Notes: generated by a model from the letters alone, not told the origin. A stretch of DNA of 64,000 nucleotides from Candidatus Poribacteria bacterium (GCA_965205025.1 CBDBFU010000015.1:96001-160000); one strand, 5' to 3'. Shown: positions 30,851 to 40,912, counted from the stretch's first letter. Translations and numbers: made by a program.

Positions 30851-32110
30851 TTAACCGAGTGCATCGTCTACTTTGTTAATTGCCGCAGCCATTAACCGAG
30901 CATGTTCCTCCTGCATATTAACATTGAAACCAAACCTTAATGCCCTACCAAGTATAGATAATGTCTCTGGACACATATCACGGGAGTATTTAACATCACC
31001 TTTGTATCTTGGGTCTGACCATGGATAACCTGCAGCATTAGGAGAATGTTTAAAGAGAATTGAATCCCAATAGGTGTAAATATGTCTATCTGGGAATCCT
31101 TCATTATATGCAGTTCCTGCCCCTAATCCTTCTGCCCTAAGTGCTTCTGTGTACTTCTTAGCTAATTCGTCATCATTGATAATGATAGCTGCACTGATGC
31201 CACATTCACCACTTGGATCATCTATATGTTGACGTTTATACCCTTTTGGATCATCAGAGAGTTCTGCTATAAATGCTTTCTTTAGCTGGCGTGTATGTCC
31301 AAGTATATCATCAAGTTTTGATAACTGTACTCGTGCAATTGCTCCCAAAATCTCTCCTGGACGATAGGTTTGACAAGAGAAAGGTTTATTTTGCCACTCT
31401 GAATCACTCATCCACATTGGAAGCCCTGGTTCAGATGCAAATGCTGCTCTTTCATAGGTATCATAATCATCCGAAAATACCAAACCACCCTCTCCACAAG
31501 TAATAACCTTAAAGTAGTTCAAACTCCACGCACCTGCATCACCCCAGGTACCAGTATATTTACCATTATACTGTCCTCCAACACATTGACAGGCATCCTC
31601 AACCACTTTCAGTTCGTGTCTTTTTGCAATTTCTAATATTGCCTCTAAACGGCACGGAACACCCTGCATATGTACAGGTAAAATTGCTTTTGTATGTGGT
31701 GTAATTTTTCTTTCAACATCCGCTGGATCTAAACCAAGTGAATCATCAATTTCTGCTATCACAGGAATTGCCCCAACACCTACTATAGCAGCGGCAGTTG
31801 CGATAAAGGTATATCCGGGTAATATCACCTCATCTCCTGGTCCAATTCCTACTCCTGTCAGTGCACAAATTATCGCAGATGTACCAGAATTCACCATCAA
31901 CGCATGATTAACACCAAGACGACCTGCAGCTTCTTGTTCAAAAGCAGCTACCTGAGAATTTTCAACAAAACGAAATAATTGTCCACTACGTAGGACTTCC
32001 GTAACTGCCTCTATTTCTCGTTCATCTATGACGCTTGGACCGTGCATACCACCGGGAATTGATTCGGCGATTACAGGTGTACCTCCATCAATTGCTAAAC
32101 GCTCAGACAT
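30851..32110 (-). CDS. DegT/DnrJ/EryC1/StrS PLP-dependent aminotransferase
   Basis: LAIDGG, NSGTSA, GDEVI, VEDACQ, SLNYFKVITCGEGG. Confidence 0.92.
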   Translation of the reverse strand: MSERLAIDGGTPVIAESIPGGMHGPSVIDEREIEAVTEVLRSGQLFRFVENSQVAAFEQEAAGRLGVNHALMVNSGTSAIICALTGVGIGPGDEVILPGYTFIATAAAIVGVGAIPVIAEIDDSLGLDPADVERKITPHTKAILPVHMQGVPCRLEAILEIAKRHELKVVEDACQCVGGQYNGKYTGTWGDAGAWSLNYFKVITCGEGGLVFSDDYDTYERAAFASEPGLPMWMSDSEWQNKPFSCQTYRPGEILGAIARVQLSKLDDILGHTRQLKKAFIAELSDDPKGYKRQHIDDPSGECGISAAIIINDDELAKKYTEALRAEGLGAGTAYNEGFPDRHIYTYWDSILFKHSPNAAGYPWSDPRYKGDVKYSRDMCPETLSILGRALRFGFNVNMQEEHARLMAAAINKVDDALG

Positions 32111-32149
32111 CTTTTCCTCCAACTATCTCACTACATCAGAATTTATGAC

Positions 32150-32178
32150 ACTTTAACCCATACTATCATTTTTGTCAA
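32150..32178 (-). promoter_or_regulatory. Probable sigma70 promoter for degT-like/MBL genes
   Basis: Minus strand TTGACA-17 bp-TAAAGT. Confidence 0.45.
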
Positions 32179-32490
32179 GTTTCAAGTTATCATTACGGTG
32201 TGAAAAGTTTTTGGCATTAATTTACTTAATATAAACTGTATCACCTACACTCCGCACTTCAAATTACCGATTTTAGATATTATCTCTAAAATCCGTGTAG
32301 ACCCTACATCAAGCTCACATTATTAGGTGAATTAGAGAAAAAGACAATAGCAGAATAGAATATTAACAAACAACCCTGAATATCTATTATCCTTTGCGAA
32401 TCCTTTCCTGACGCGGGTTTATCATATAAGTATTACTATAGTTTGGATAGTTTTTAGATATAACACTCCGCTGGAGCAAGAACCACAACT

Positions 32491-32867
32491 TATACCAATT
32501 CTAATAAATAATATGCCATCGTAAAAATTTTATGGAATTGAATATTATTGGAAACTATCTTCTGTAGGAGCGACCTCCGGGTCGCGACTTGGAGATTGAT
32601 CCTGCAGAATCTCCACAATCAATGCAACAGTATATTTTAGAAATGGTATTACACTCCAGCGGAGTGCTATGTCTATAGAAAACACTATCAATACATTCTC
32701 GCACTCCAGCGGAGTGCTATGTAATACCATTTCATTACATAAATTTTATGAAATTGAATATTATTGGAAACTATCTTCTGTAGGAGCGACCTCCGGGTCG
32801 CGACATTGAGATTGCCACTGCAGAATCTCCACAATCAATGTGACATTATATCTTTGAAATGATATTA
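32491..32867. repeat. Two ~150-bp MITE-like direct copies (each with GTAGGAGCGACCTCCGGGTCGCGAC) flanking a CACTCCAGCGGAGTG doublet
   Basis: Units 32491-32651 and 32722-32867 share a long near-identical core and ATACCA../..TGGTAT ends; doublet at 32652 and 32702. Confidence 0.8.
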
Positions 32868-33196
32868 CATACTCCGATAGGATACCAATACAAAAATGCG
32901 AAAGATGTATATAATCATATTCAGCAGTCTGTTCAGTTTCCTGAACATGAATATAAAATAAGCATAAGACAAGCAATAGCAGTCGCTGCTGCCGTAACGG
33001 CATTCAAGATTTGTGATGACCCTCCAAGCGGAAATTCTACTTATAATGCGGACACAAAATAAAAAGAAAACTCTGCAATCCACGCATAAAATCAAAATAA
33101 AGAGGGCAACTTTAAACATTGAAATAACAACGTAAACCCACCCACACTTTATGCCGTTAATCGTATGTTAAACGAGACACAAAGGAGGTGAAAAGT

Positions 33197-33343
33197 ATGT
33201 CAAAATCTAAAGGTGGAAAAGGTGGAAACACCCAGTATCCGCAGAACAAGCCATCAACAACCGGTAATAAGTCTGGTGGTGGTCGTAGTAATAACACGGC
33301 TAAAGGTGGTAGTAAATCATCTGGTGGTAAAGGTAAGAAATAA
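33197..33343 (+). CDS. 48-aa Gly/Lys/Ser-rich small protein (below ORF-track cutoff)
   Basis: Perfect RBS AAGGAGGTGA, ATG 33197, MSKSKGGKGGNTQYPQNKPSTTGNKSGGGRSNNTAKGGSKSSGGKGKK*, terminator directly after. Confidence 0.75.
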   Translation: MSKSKGGKGGNTQYPQNKPSTTGNKSGGGRSNNTAKGGSKSSGGKGKK

Positions 33344-33362
33344 ACAACTCAACACAACTAAC

Positions 33363-33399
33363 AAAGGAGGCACGGACAGCATGTCCCTTGCCTCCTTTT
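33363..33399 (+). terminator. Rho-independent terminator of the small-peptide gene
   Basis: aaaggaggca-cggacagcatgtccct-tgcctcctttt. Confidence 0.7.
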
Positions 33400-34027
33400 G
33401 TTTTGATAGCCCTCGCACAGCACCTTTTTGTATTGACATAGAGAACCCACAATGCTAAAATCAAACTTATTAGAACATAAAAAACACCATAATGAGGATG
33501 ACGAATTCTCTACACAATACATCGTCAGATTCAGAGATGGTAAGGAGATAACAATGAAAATTGGAAACAAAGTTAGCACACCAGATGGCACACAAGGCTA
33601 TATTCAAAGTATTGAAACCGACCACCTTTTTGTGTCTCTCCCAACAAATGGACATCAGTCTTCCTCTCAACGTTTCTCTGAAGAACAAATAACGCTCTAC
33701 GATAACCAGAAACCGACCACCGGTGACCATACAGTGTTTGGCAGAGTGATAGAAACAAAGCAAATACATGGTGACATAGGCGGAATGATTGAAGTTACTT
33801 GCACTAAATCTGATAACACTAATACCGTATTATGGGTTGAGGATGAGTTCCACGAAATGTATAACGAACACGTCAAAACCAATATTAGTAGTTTGCGACC
33901 GCTCTATTATGCAAACTGGGTAAATTCTGAGCGTATTGATAAGTTTTTCGCTTATTATGGAATAGAAAGCACAGATAATGGCGAGTATTCACTTATGCCG
34001 ATTTCTCATAAAGATCACGCTACTAAG

Positions 34028-35486
34028 CAATACCTTCGCCAATTATCCTGTGCTTAGTTCTAACTGTGTGTGATGAATAGCACCGATAGAACTAAGGTGC
34101 TGTGTGATTTGCTCAATAACAATAGGTTCAGGTTTTTGCGGAAGTATTTTTAATGTTTCCTCTAAATACTTCATAGCTCGGTATTTTGCTTTCAAATCTA
34201 ATACGCTACACGCCGTGTTATTAGACCGAAATGTGTTTGCCATTTTCGCACTCACATTTACCATAAACAAGGATAAGTTTGCTGCATTGTTCACAGGTGT
34301 TTTTTTGACATTCATAAAATCTTCCAACCCCCAATACTGTTTTGCGTCTCTGAAGTTAAACTCTATTTGAAAACGAAGGGAGTAATAATCAATCATCTTT
34401 AGAGCACTCAGTTTTAGGTCAGAACTAAACAATAACACGTGTGATTTTTGTCCTGTCAGCAGATGCGTCTTGAGAAGACAAACAATATTGAGAGGATCCG
34501 CAAACTGCTTATGACGCAAGTGTACTTGATACACTTCGGTTCTGATGTTATCGGTTGTTTCAACAGAGACACGCCATTTGTTATCCATTTGTTGTGGATT
34601 GAAACGATCCCCATAGAGGGCGCGGCGTCCACGACCTTTATACGGTGTCGTTGGTGGATAATAGAGCGCAGCATCTGTGCGAAGTTTTGAAATGAGATGG
34701 AGACCACATTGTGATACCATTTGTAGCGCATTATTGTGTCCGAAATATCCATCAAGCACAAAATAACGGAGTTTGATACAATCTCCCATCTGTTTGAGAA
34801 ATGATTTCACCATAGTTTGAAGTTGTTTCAAAGTATTGCTGAACACAACATCCTTTTTGTTTCGATTCAGGCTCCCTTTGGGGCGACCACGCCCTCGTTT
34901 TGTTATGGCTTTCTGTGTATTCTCCTGATCTTCGATTGCAGACACATCCATATTGGCTGATGCGTTGCTACGCACGATTTGTTCCATCATCATTGGGTAA
35001 GAACACCTGTCTTTGACGCTTACTAAGGACACCGCTAAAAATGACAAACCGGAAATCGGTTTTCCATGTAATGAGGAGAAGAAGCGATCTATACCATAAG
35101 TTTTTTTCCCAGTTTTTGACACCGTGACTTCATCTGCTACAAGGATATACAAACTTTTAGGATCAAACAGATATTTTTTGAAAAAGAGCCAACACATCTT
35201 TGGCCAAGGGAGATCTGTGCTAAAGAAGCGTTGTATCGTACGATAACTCCCTCCTTTTGATGTCCAACGGGAGATATTTAACATTGTGACCTGACCTGTC
35301 ATCGCAAGCAGGGCAAATACAACTTGACATAACTGGCGGATCATAGTAGTGGATAAACATAGATTAAATACAGTAAATAATGCTATAATTTCTGGCATGG
35401 GTGTGTGTCCTTTCTAAGTTAAAATGATATTTTAAAACTTTAGGACAAACACCCTTTTTATTCAAGTGTTTTTGGCGAAGGTATTG
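34028..35486 (-). mobile_element. Complete insertion sequence, IS4 superfamily (ISPepr1/IS701-like), 1459 bp
   Basis: Perfect 15-bp IRs CAATACCTTCGCCAA (34028-34042 / 35472-35486); 6-bp target duplication ACTAAG (34022-34027, 35487-35492). Confidence 0.93.
34043..35398 (-). CDS. DDE transposase
   Basis: D in LVADE, D in VLDGYF, YREK-type motif YSLRFQIEFNFRDAKQ; AT-hook-like RGRGRPKGS. Confidence 0.92.
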   Translation of the reverse strand: MPEIIALFTVFNLCLSTTMIRQLCQVVFALLAMTGQVTMLNISRWTSKGGSYRTIQRFFSTDLPWPKMCWLFFKKYLFDPKSLYILVADEVTVSKTGKKTYGIDRFFSSLHGKPISGLSFLAVSLVSVKDRCSYPMMMEQIVRSNASANMDVSAIEDQENTQKAITKRGRGRPKGSLNRNKKDVVFSNTLKQLQTMVKSFLKQMGDCIKLRYFVLDGYFGHNNALQMVSQCGLHLISKLRTDAALYYPPTTPYKGRGRRALYGDRFNPQQMDNKWRVSVETTDNIRTEVYQVHLRHKQFADPLNIVCLLKTHLLTGQKSHVLLFSSDLKLSALKMIDYYSLRFQIEFNFRDAKQYWGLEDFMNVKKTPVNNAANLSLFMVNVSAKMANTFRSNNTACSVLDLKAKYRAMKYLEETLKILPQKPEPIVIEQITQHLSSIGAIHHTQLELSTG

Positions 35487-35719
35487 ACTAAGAAAACGTT
35501 ATTTGTTACATATAAAGATAGCCCGAATGTGAGTCATGAATTAGATGTCAGAATGGATGATGAAGGCAATATCAGTAATGTTTACGATGGCAATAGCAAA
35601 AGGTCATTCTCAAGTGTTTTTGACTTGAGAATGGCGCGTATTGTGAAAACCACGATTATATTTGAACATGAGCTCACAGATTTCTAAAGGAGATATAAAT
35701 CATTAGAAGAGAACAATAT

Positions 35720-36943
35720 ATGAGCACACAAACACACTCCGCAACCAAAAACGCTCTTGACAGAATTTCTGAACTCATCCGTAAGATAGTAGAGAAATCA
35801 GGTAATGGCAACTGTATTTATCGTGGTGAACCTGAACACTATGATAAAGTATCCTCTGCTCTCTATCGCCCTTCTCCATTAAAATTTGATTCAGGGGAAT
35901 ATGATTTAAAACGTTTAAATAGGTCGAATCTGGAAAATGCTCGTAACCATATCCATGATCAAAAAAAAGGGAACTTTGAACTTTTAACGGAGCTGCAGCA
36001 CTATGGCGATGAAACCAACCTCATAGACTTCACAACTGACTTCCACATAGCCCTATTCTTTGCATGCAACGGTTTTCATGATAAAGATGGCAGGGTTATT
36101 GTGTTGCCAAGAACGAAAGATATTGATAAAAAATACAGAGTAAAGCAACCTTTGGAACCTGTCAATCGCGTTACGGCACAAAAAAGTATATTCACGCAGC
36201 CTCATAAAGGATATATTGAACCTAACGACTTCGACACTATTACTGTTTCTGCCAATCTAAAACAGTGGATACTCATTTATCTGCGGAATTTCCAAGATAT
36301 ATCTACACAAAGCATCTTCAACGATCTACATGGCTTCATTCGAAATAAAGAATTGCGTCGCTCAAACGAAGCAAATCTTCCACTTGTTTTGGCAGAAATA
36401 AAATTGGAACACATTGCGGACAATGACCCGACTGCCGAAGATGAAGAAGAAGAAAAAGATGCATGGCGCGATTTGATCGCAGGTTATACAAGAAGGTTAG
36501 AGTATTCACCTTATGAGGTTAGATGTTATGTGGAACAGGGTCAATACTACTTATATCTCGAAGAATACGATTGTACAATTGAAGTCTGTAGCAAAGCAAT
36601 ATTACTACAACCTGATCATTATAAGGCATACCTTTTTCGCAGTGCTGCTTTTTTCTACAAAAAGCAGTACACGGACACTATAGAAGATACCGATTGTTTG
36701 ATACAAAACAACCCACAGGATTCCATGCCATACATCATTAGAGGTATTGCATTGTTACACCTGCAAGATTGGGAAAAAGCGAAATTGGACTTTGAGGCTG
36801 GCAAAGAGATAGATAAAAAGATGGGTAAATTTCTTACCTTCTTATTTCGTCAAGACTCTCAAAGCGTTTCAGATTTTGAGCAGGAGTATAACGTTAAACT
36901 ACCCGCAGACATTGCCGAAATGCTAACGCCACCGCAGGCATAG
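35720..36943 (+). CDS. FRG domain protein with C-terminal TPR repeats
   Basis: IYRGE, LQHYGDETNLIDFTTDFHIALFFAC, RVTAQKSIF, then about 3 TPR-like repeats. Confidence 0.85.
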   Translation: MSTQTHSATKNALDRISELIRKIVEKSGNGNCIYRGEPEHYDKVSSALYRPSPLKFDSGEYDLKRLNRSNLENARNHIHDQKKGNFELLTELQHYGDETNLIDFTTDFHIALFFACNGFHDKDGRVIVLPRTKDIDKKYRVKQPLEPVNRVTAQKSIFTQPHKGYIEPNDFDTITVSANLKQWILIYLRNFQDISTQSIFNDLHGFIRNKELRRSNEANLPLVLAEIKLEHIADNDPTAEDEEEEKDAWRDLIAGYTRRLEYSPYEVRCYVEQGQYYLYLEEYDCTIEVCSKAILLQPDHYKAYLFRSAAFFYKKQYTDTIEDTDCLIQNNPQDSMPYIIRGIALLHLQDWEKAKLDFEAGKEIDKKMGKFLTFLFRQDSQSVSDFEQEYNVKLPADIAEMLTPPQA

Positions 36944-37129
36944 TCAATAATTTCTATATATATATATGATATGATAAAAGTTGAAATAGAACTTGAGTCG
37001 TGATCAAATACTATGAACCAAAATCAACACGTCAAACCAGAGGAAATAAGCGATGGCAAGGCTCACACTCCTAAAATCCATTGTGTCAATACTCGGACAC
37101 AAAAACACACACACAAAAGGAGAACTATC

Positions 37130-37816
37130 ATGTTAAAAAGCATATTCAAGATTTCAGTCACTTTTGCAGTATTGCTGCTTTCAGGAATGCTGGTAAACTC
37201 ACACTCTGGCAGAACCGACAATACGGCGGACACCATGACCGAATCAACGGCGGCTACCACTACAAAGGAAGAAAAGCCAAAGGCACAAAACGGAAGGTTT
37301 AAAGTCCACGTAAACGTATCATGCAGCGACAATACCACAAAGTCTATGATAGAAAGTCACATCAAGCGAGAATTACGCAGTTTGGGAGACGTAGACATTG
37401 TTGACGAGAAACACAATGGATTCAGACTTATTCTTCTTGCTATTCCTCACACATCTAAATCAACTGAAAAAAAAACTGGGCAAACTTCAATTGCAATCAT
37501 GGAATTGTATAAAGAAGGTGACTTGCATGCATTTATATCGTCAGCTATATCTCTATATGCTACAACTATTGAACCGAACTATCGGAACCTACCTGACAAA
37601 GAATTCCTAAAAAGGAAAACTAAAAGGTTTGAAATTGCTAAAGAATGGTCTGAATCTTTGGGAGATGTTTACAACAGACCTGGCTTAGAGTTAATTGTTA
37701 ACATACCAAACAACAACCTACCAGCTACTTGTAAAGAAATTGTGGCTGAATTTGATGTTAAACATTTAGAACCCTTCAGAGAAATAACTATGAAAATATT
37801 AGAGAACAAAAACTAA
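37130..37816 (+). CDS. Secreted hypothetical protein with cryptic (out-of-frame) YHYH-type motif
   Basis: RBS AAGGAG and ATG 37130; signal peptide, HSGRTD; YGGHHDRINGGYHY lies in another frame at 37222-37263. Confidence 0.65.
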   Translation: MLKSIFKISVTFAVLLLSGMLVNSHSGRTDNTADTMTESTAATTTKEEKPKAQNGRFKVHVNVSCSDNTTKSMIESHIKRELRSLGDVDIVDEKHNGFRLILLAIPHTSKSTEKKTGQTSIAIMELYKEGDLHAFISSAISLYATTIEPNYRNLPDKEFLKRKTKRFEIAKEWSESLGDVYNRPGLELIVNIPNNNLPATCKEIVAEFDVKHLEPFREITMKILENKN

Positions 37817-37876
37817 TATGTACGTCATAAACATTGAAGACGAAACTTTTACTGCGATAAAAGCCACATAGCCATA

Positions 37877-38539
37877 ATGAGAACAAGTGCTATGAACGAA
37901 ATCAGAGATGGACACTACACATTAGGGAACGCATATCTCAGAGAAGGACAATATGATGAGGCAGTAACACACTTTGAGCAGGCTATATCCCTTGATTCAG
38001 ATTTTATTGAAGCCTATCATGCCCTCGCCCTTGCCTACTTACAGCAGCAACGACTCCAAGACGCCAAAGACGCTGCAAGAGAAGCACTACGGATTGATAT
38101 AACCTACCAACCTATACTCTCCTTTCTACAAGCCATTGAACCGAGTATGCCCGCAACCCCACAGGTGGCTGTCCTTCCGACGGAACAGCCCGATGGGATC
38201 GAGAAACCCGTTGAAAAAGAAGATACGCCAAAGCAGCCTAACTCGACGACCCTTCCTGAAAAAGAGAAAGCACCCCCCAAAGAAAATGATATTGATATTG
38301 ATATTGACACAGAGTTGGAACGCGGTATCGTATTCCTCGCAAATAAGCAATATCCACAAGCCGAAACAGCATTCAAGAAAGTGCTGAAAGCATCACCGAA
38401 CCATGCCATCGCTCATTACAATCTCGCACAAAGCTACATGGAAACTGGAGTGTTGATGGATACCAAGATCCAAGTAGACAAGGCGTTACGGCTCAATCCA
38501 TCATACCCAGACAGAACTCTTACTGTATTTATAGGATAA
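37877..38539 (+). CDS. TPR repeat protein with Pro-rich linker (possibly C-terminally truncated)
   Basis: HYTLGNAY..EAV..F..AI, AYHALALAY, AHYNLAQSY repeats. Confidence 0.8.
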   Translation: MRTSAMNEIRDGHYTLGNAYLREGQYDEAVTHFEQAISLDSDFIEAYHALALAYLQQQRLQDAKDAAREALRIDITYQPILSFLQAIEPSMPATPQVAVLPTEQPDGIEKPVEKEDTPKQPNSTTLPEKEKAPPKENDIDIDIDTELERGIVFLANKQYPQAETAFKKVLKASPNHAIAHYNLAQSYMETGVLMDTKIQVDKALRLNPSYPDRTLTVFIG

Positions 38540-38545
38540 ACGAAC

Positions 38546-39148
38546 ATGAAACATCAATCTAACAACGTAATCATCTATATCACGACATGCGTGGTGTTGA
38601 TAAGTTTGCTCATGGCATGCGGTGAAGATAACGATTCCCTAACAATAACGCCAAACTATCTGCCAATTGAAGTAGGAAATACTTGGATATTCGTTTTGCC
38701 TGACGATCCGCATGACACAAGGGACATTTCAATCACTGGGACAACATTGTTGGCTAACGGCAAAACTGTATTCTCCGTCTCAACAACAGATGATTATGGA
38801 CATTATGATAGCAGTTATCTGTCACGCGCTGCCAATGATCTCTTATTATTCCATAAAACATTAAAAGACCTACAAGGTGAATTGATTTTTAGTCCACCGA
38901 TAAAAGTTGGAACAACGTGGCAAGGACGAGATGGTCAGGCAGAAGTCGTAGCACAAGAAAATGTCAACACACCTGCCGGTATATTCCAAAATTGCTTTCG
39001 CATCAATGTGCAAGTTCATCAATCTTATGAAGATGACTACGCAATCTGGCTTGCGAAAAATGTTGGTCCCGTAAAAATTGTAACTATTAGTAAGAGTGAT
39101 GGTGAAATTGAATCGAACATTGTTCTCAAACATTTCTTCACCAAGTAA
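38546..39148 (+). CDS. Hypothetical lipoprotein
   Basis: Lipobox LMAC; YLPIEVGNTW, VNTPAGIFQNC, WLAKNVGPVK motifs common to beta-rich exported proteins. Confidence 0.7.
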   Translation: MKHQSNNVIIYITTCVVLISLLMACGEDNDSLTITPNYLPIEVGNTWIFVLPDDPHDTRDISITGTTLLANGKTVFSVSTTDDYGHYDSSYLSRAANDLLLFHKTLKDLQGELIFSPPIKVGTTWQGRDGQAEVVAQENVNTPAGIFQNCFRINVQVHQSYEDDYAIWLAKNVGPVKIVTISKSDGEIESNIVLKHFFTK

Positions 39149-39253
39149 ACTATTGAAAAAGATGAGGGAATCACAAAATTATAGACATTCTAATTCGGAT
39201 TTAAGAATCAAAAAAGCAACTCTAAAATAAGTAACGCTCACAAGGAACACCTT

Positions 39254-40912
39254 ATGAAATATAGACAGAAATTATCCGCTATTGTAGTTTTACTCCTCTT
39301 TTTCACAATAAGCACCGCATTTGCCCAAACAACGCTACCAGCTGAAGATATTGCTGAAAAAGCATTAGCAGCAACAGTATACTTGGAAATGAAAGATAAC
39401 AATGGCAAAACTTTGGGCATCGGCAGCGGGTTTTTTGTAAAACCCAACCTAATTGCAACTAACTACCACGTGATTGAAGGTGCTGCAAAAGGCACCGCAA
39501 AGTTAGTTGGCAAATACACCACATACAATATTGAAGGCGTTACAGGAACAGACAAAACAAATGACCTCGCACTTCTAAAGGTCACTTCTTACGGTATCAA
39601 GCCACTTTATCTTGGTAACAGTGACATAGTAAAGATTGGTGAGACGGTTTACGTTGCTGGCAATCCCAAAGGACTGGAAGGCACATTCTCGGATGGTATT
39701 ATTAGTAGTCGTCGCGATAAATACACAAAAGAACGACTACAGATGACCGCACCGATTTCACCAGGGAGTAACGGTGGTCCCGTTGTAAACAATAAAGGTG
39801 AAGTCATTGGAGTATCTTTTATAACACTACAAGGTCTACAGAATCTGAATTTAATAATTCCTTCAAATTACCTCAAGAAACTGCTAAATCAACCATACAC
39901 ATCAAAAAACTTAGATCAAGGTAGCGACTTCATCTCCGCAGAAACCTATTTTAATTGGGGTAATACAAAATTTGTTTTAAGAGACTATGAGAATGCTATT
40001 ACAGACTATACTGAGGGAATTCGTTTAAAATCCATTGATGCCAATTTTTACTGCAATCGCGGCATTGCAAAGGGTAAACTTGGACAATATAATTCTGCTA
40101 TCATAGATTTTAATATAGCAACGCAATTAAAACCAGATTTTTCTGATGCCTTCTATATGCGCGGACTTGTTAATGTTAAATTAACACAATATTCTGCTGC
40201 TGTTGAAGATTTTGATATGGCTATAGGTTTAAAACCAGATATGGCACAATATTATATTGATCGAGGGGCTGCAAAGCATCATCTTGGACAGTACTTAGCT
40301 GCTATTGCTGATAATGACACTGCAATTAGATTAAAACCTGATAATTCATTCGCATTTTACAATCGAGGGGCTGCAAAGATACAACTCAAGCAATATGACG
40401 CAGCTATCGCAGATTTTAACACAGCAATTAGATTAAAAAGCGACTTTGCTGAGGCATTCTACAATCGTGGAATTGCGAAAATAGAGTTAGAACTATATAC
40501 CGCAGCTATCGCAGATTTTGATACAACAATCCGACTAAAACCTGATTTTGCCGATGCATACTACAATCGGGGAATTACGAAGGGCAAGTTAGGACAGCAC
40601 GCTGATGCTATTGCAGATTTTGATACAACAATCCGACTAAAACCTGATTTTGCCGATGCATACTACAATCGGGGACTTGCGAAGGGCAAGTTAGGACAAT
40701 ACACTGCTGCGATTTCGGATTTTGACATCGCTATTCGGCTCAATCCTGATAATGCCGATGCATACTACGATCGGGGACTTGCGAAGGCTGGGTTAGGTCG
40801 AACATCGGCAGCGAAGCAAGACATCCGCACTGCTTTACGACTTGCGATAAAAGCAGGGGATGTAGAACTGAAAACTGACGCAGAGGAAGCACTGCGTATT
40901 CTCAATAAGTGA
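39254..40912 (+). CDS. Secreted trypsin-like (S1C/Trypsin_2) protease domain + 9 TPRs; catalytic Ser replaced by Asn
   Basis: GSGFFV, TNYHV, DLALL, PGSNGGP instead of PGSSGGP; nine 34-aa repeats. Confidence 0.88.
   Translation: MKYRQKLSAIVVLLLFFTISTAFAQTTLPAEDIAEKALAATVYLEMKDNNGKTLGIGSGFFVKPNLIATNYHVIEGAAKGTAKLVGKYTTYNIEGVTGTDKTNDLALLKVTSYGIKPLYLGNSDIVKIGETVYVAGNPKGLEGTFSDGIISSRRDKYTKERLQMTAPISPGSNGGPVVNNKGEVIGVSFITLQGLQNLNLIIPSNYLKKLLNQPYTSKNLDQGSDFISAETYFNWGNTKFVLRDYENAITDYTEGIRLKSIDANFYCNRGIAKGKLGQYNSAIIDFNIATQLKPDFSDAFYMRGLVNVKLTQYSAAVEDFDMAIGLKPDMAQYYIDRGAAKHHLGQYLAAIADNDTAIRLKPDNSFAFYNRGAAKIQLKQYDAAIADFNTAIRLKSDFAEAFYNRGIAKIELELYTAAIADFDTTIRLKPDFADAYYNRGITKGKLGQHADAIADFDTTIRLKPDFADAYYNRGLAKGKLGQYTAAISDFDIAIRLNPDNADAYYDRGLAKAGLGRTSAAKQDIRTALRLAIKAGDVELKTDAEEALRILNK

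Larger units (their letters stand above)
33452..35687 (+). pseudogene. Hypothetical 256-aa protein gene interrupted by IS
   Basis: Removing the IS and one ACTAAG copy joins ..KDHATK (to 34027) in frame with KTLFVTYKDSP.. (35493-35687). Confidence 0.8.

Noticed and set aside
18490-32721. CACTCCAGCGGAGTG doublets as CRISPR arrays
   Set aside because: Only two repeats per locus, short ~20-bp spacers, dispersed copies and no cas genes; kept only as a repeat finding.
32545-33119. Short ORFs ending RDPEVAPTEDSFQ and neighbours
   Set aside because: They are translations of the duplicated MITE/REP units; 32859-33062 could be a gene remnant but is unsupported.
33213-33458. 81-aa Val-rich ORF
   Set aside because: It is an alternative frame of the 48-aa peptide gene, which has the RBS, and it reads through the terminator.
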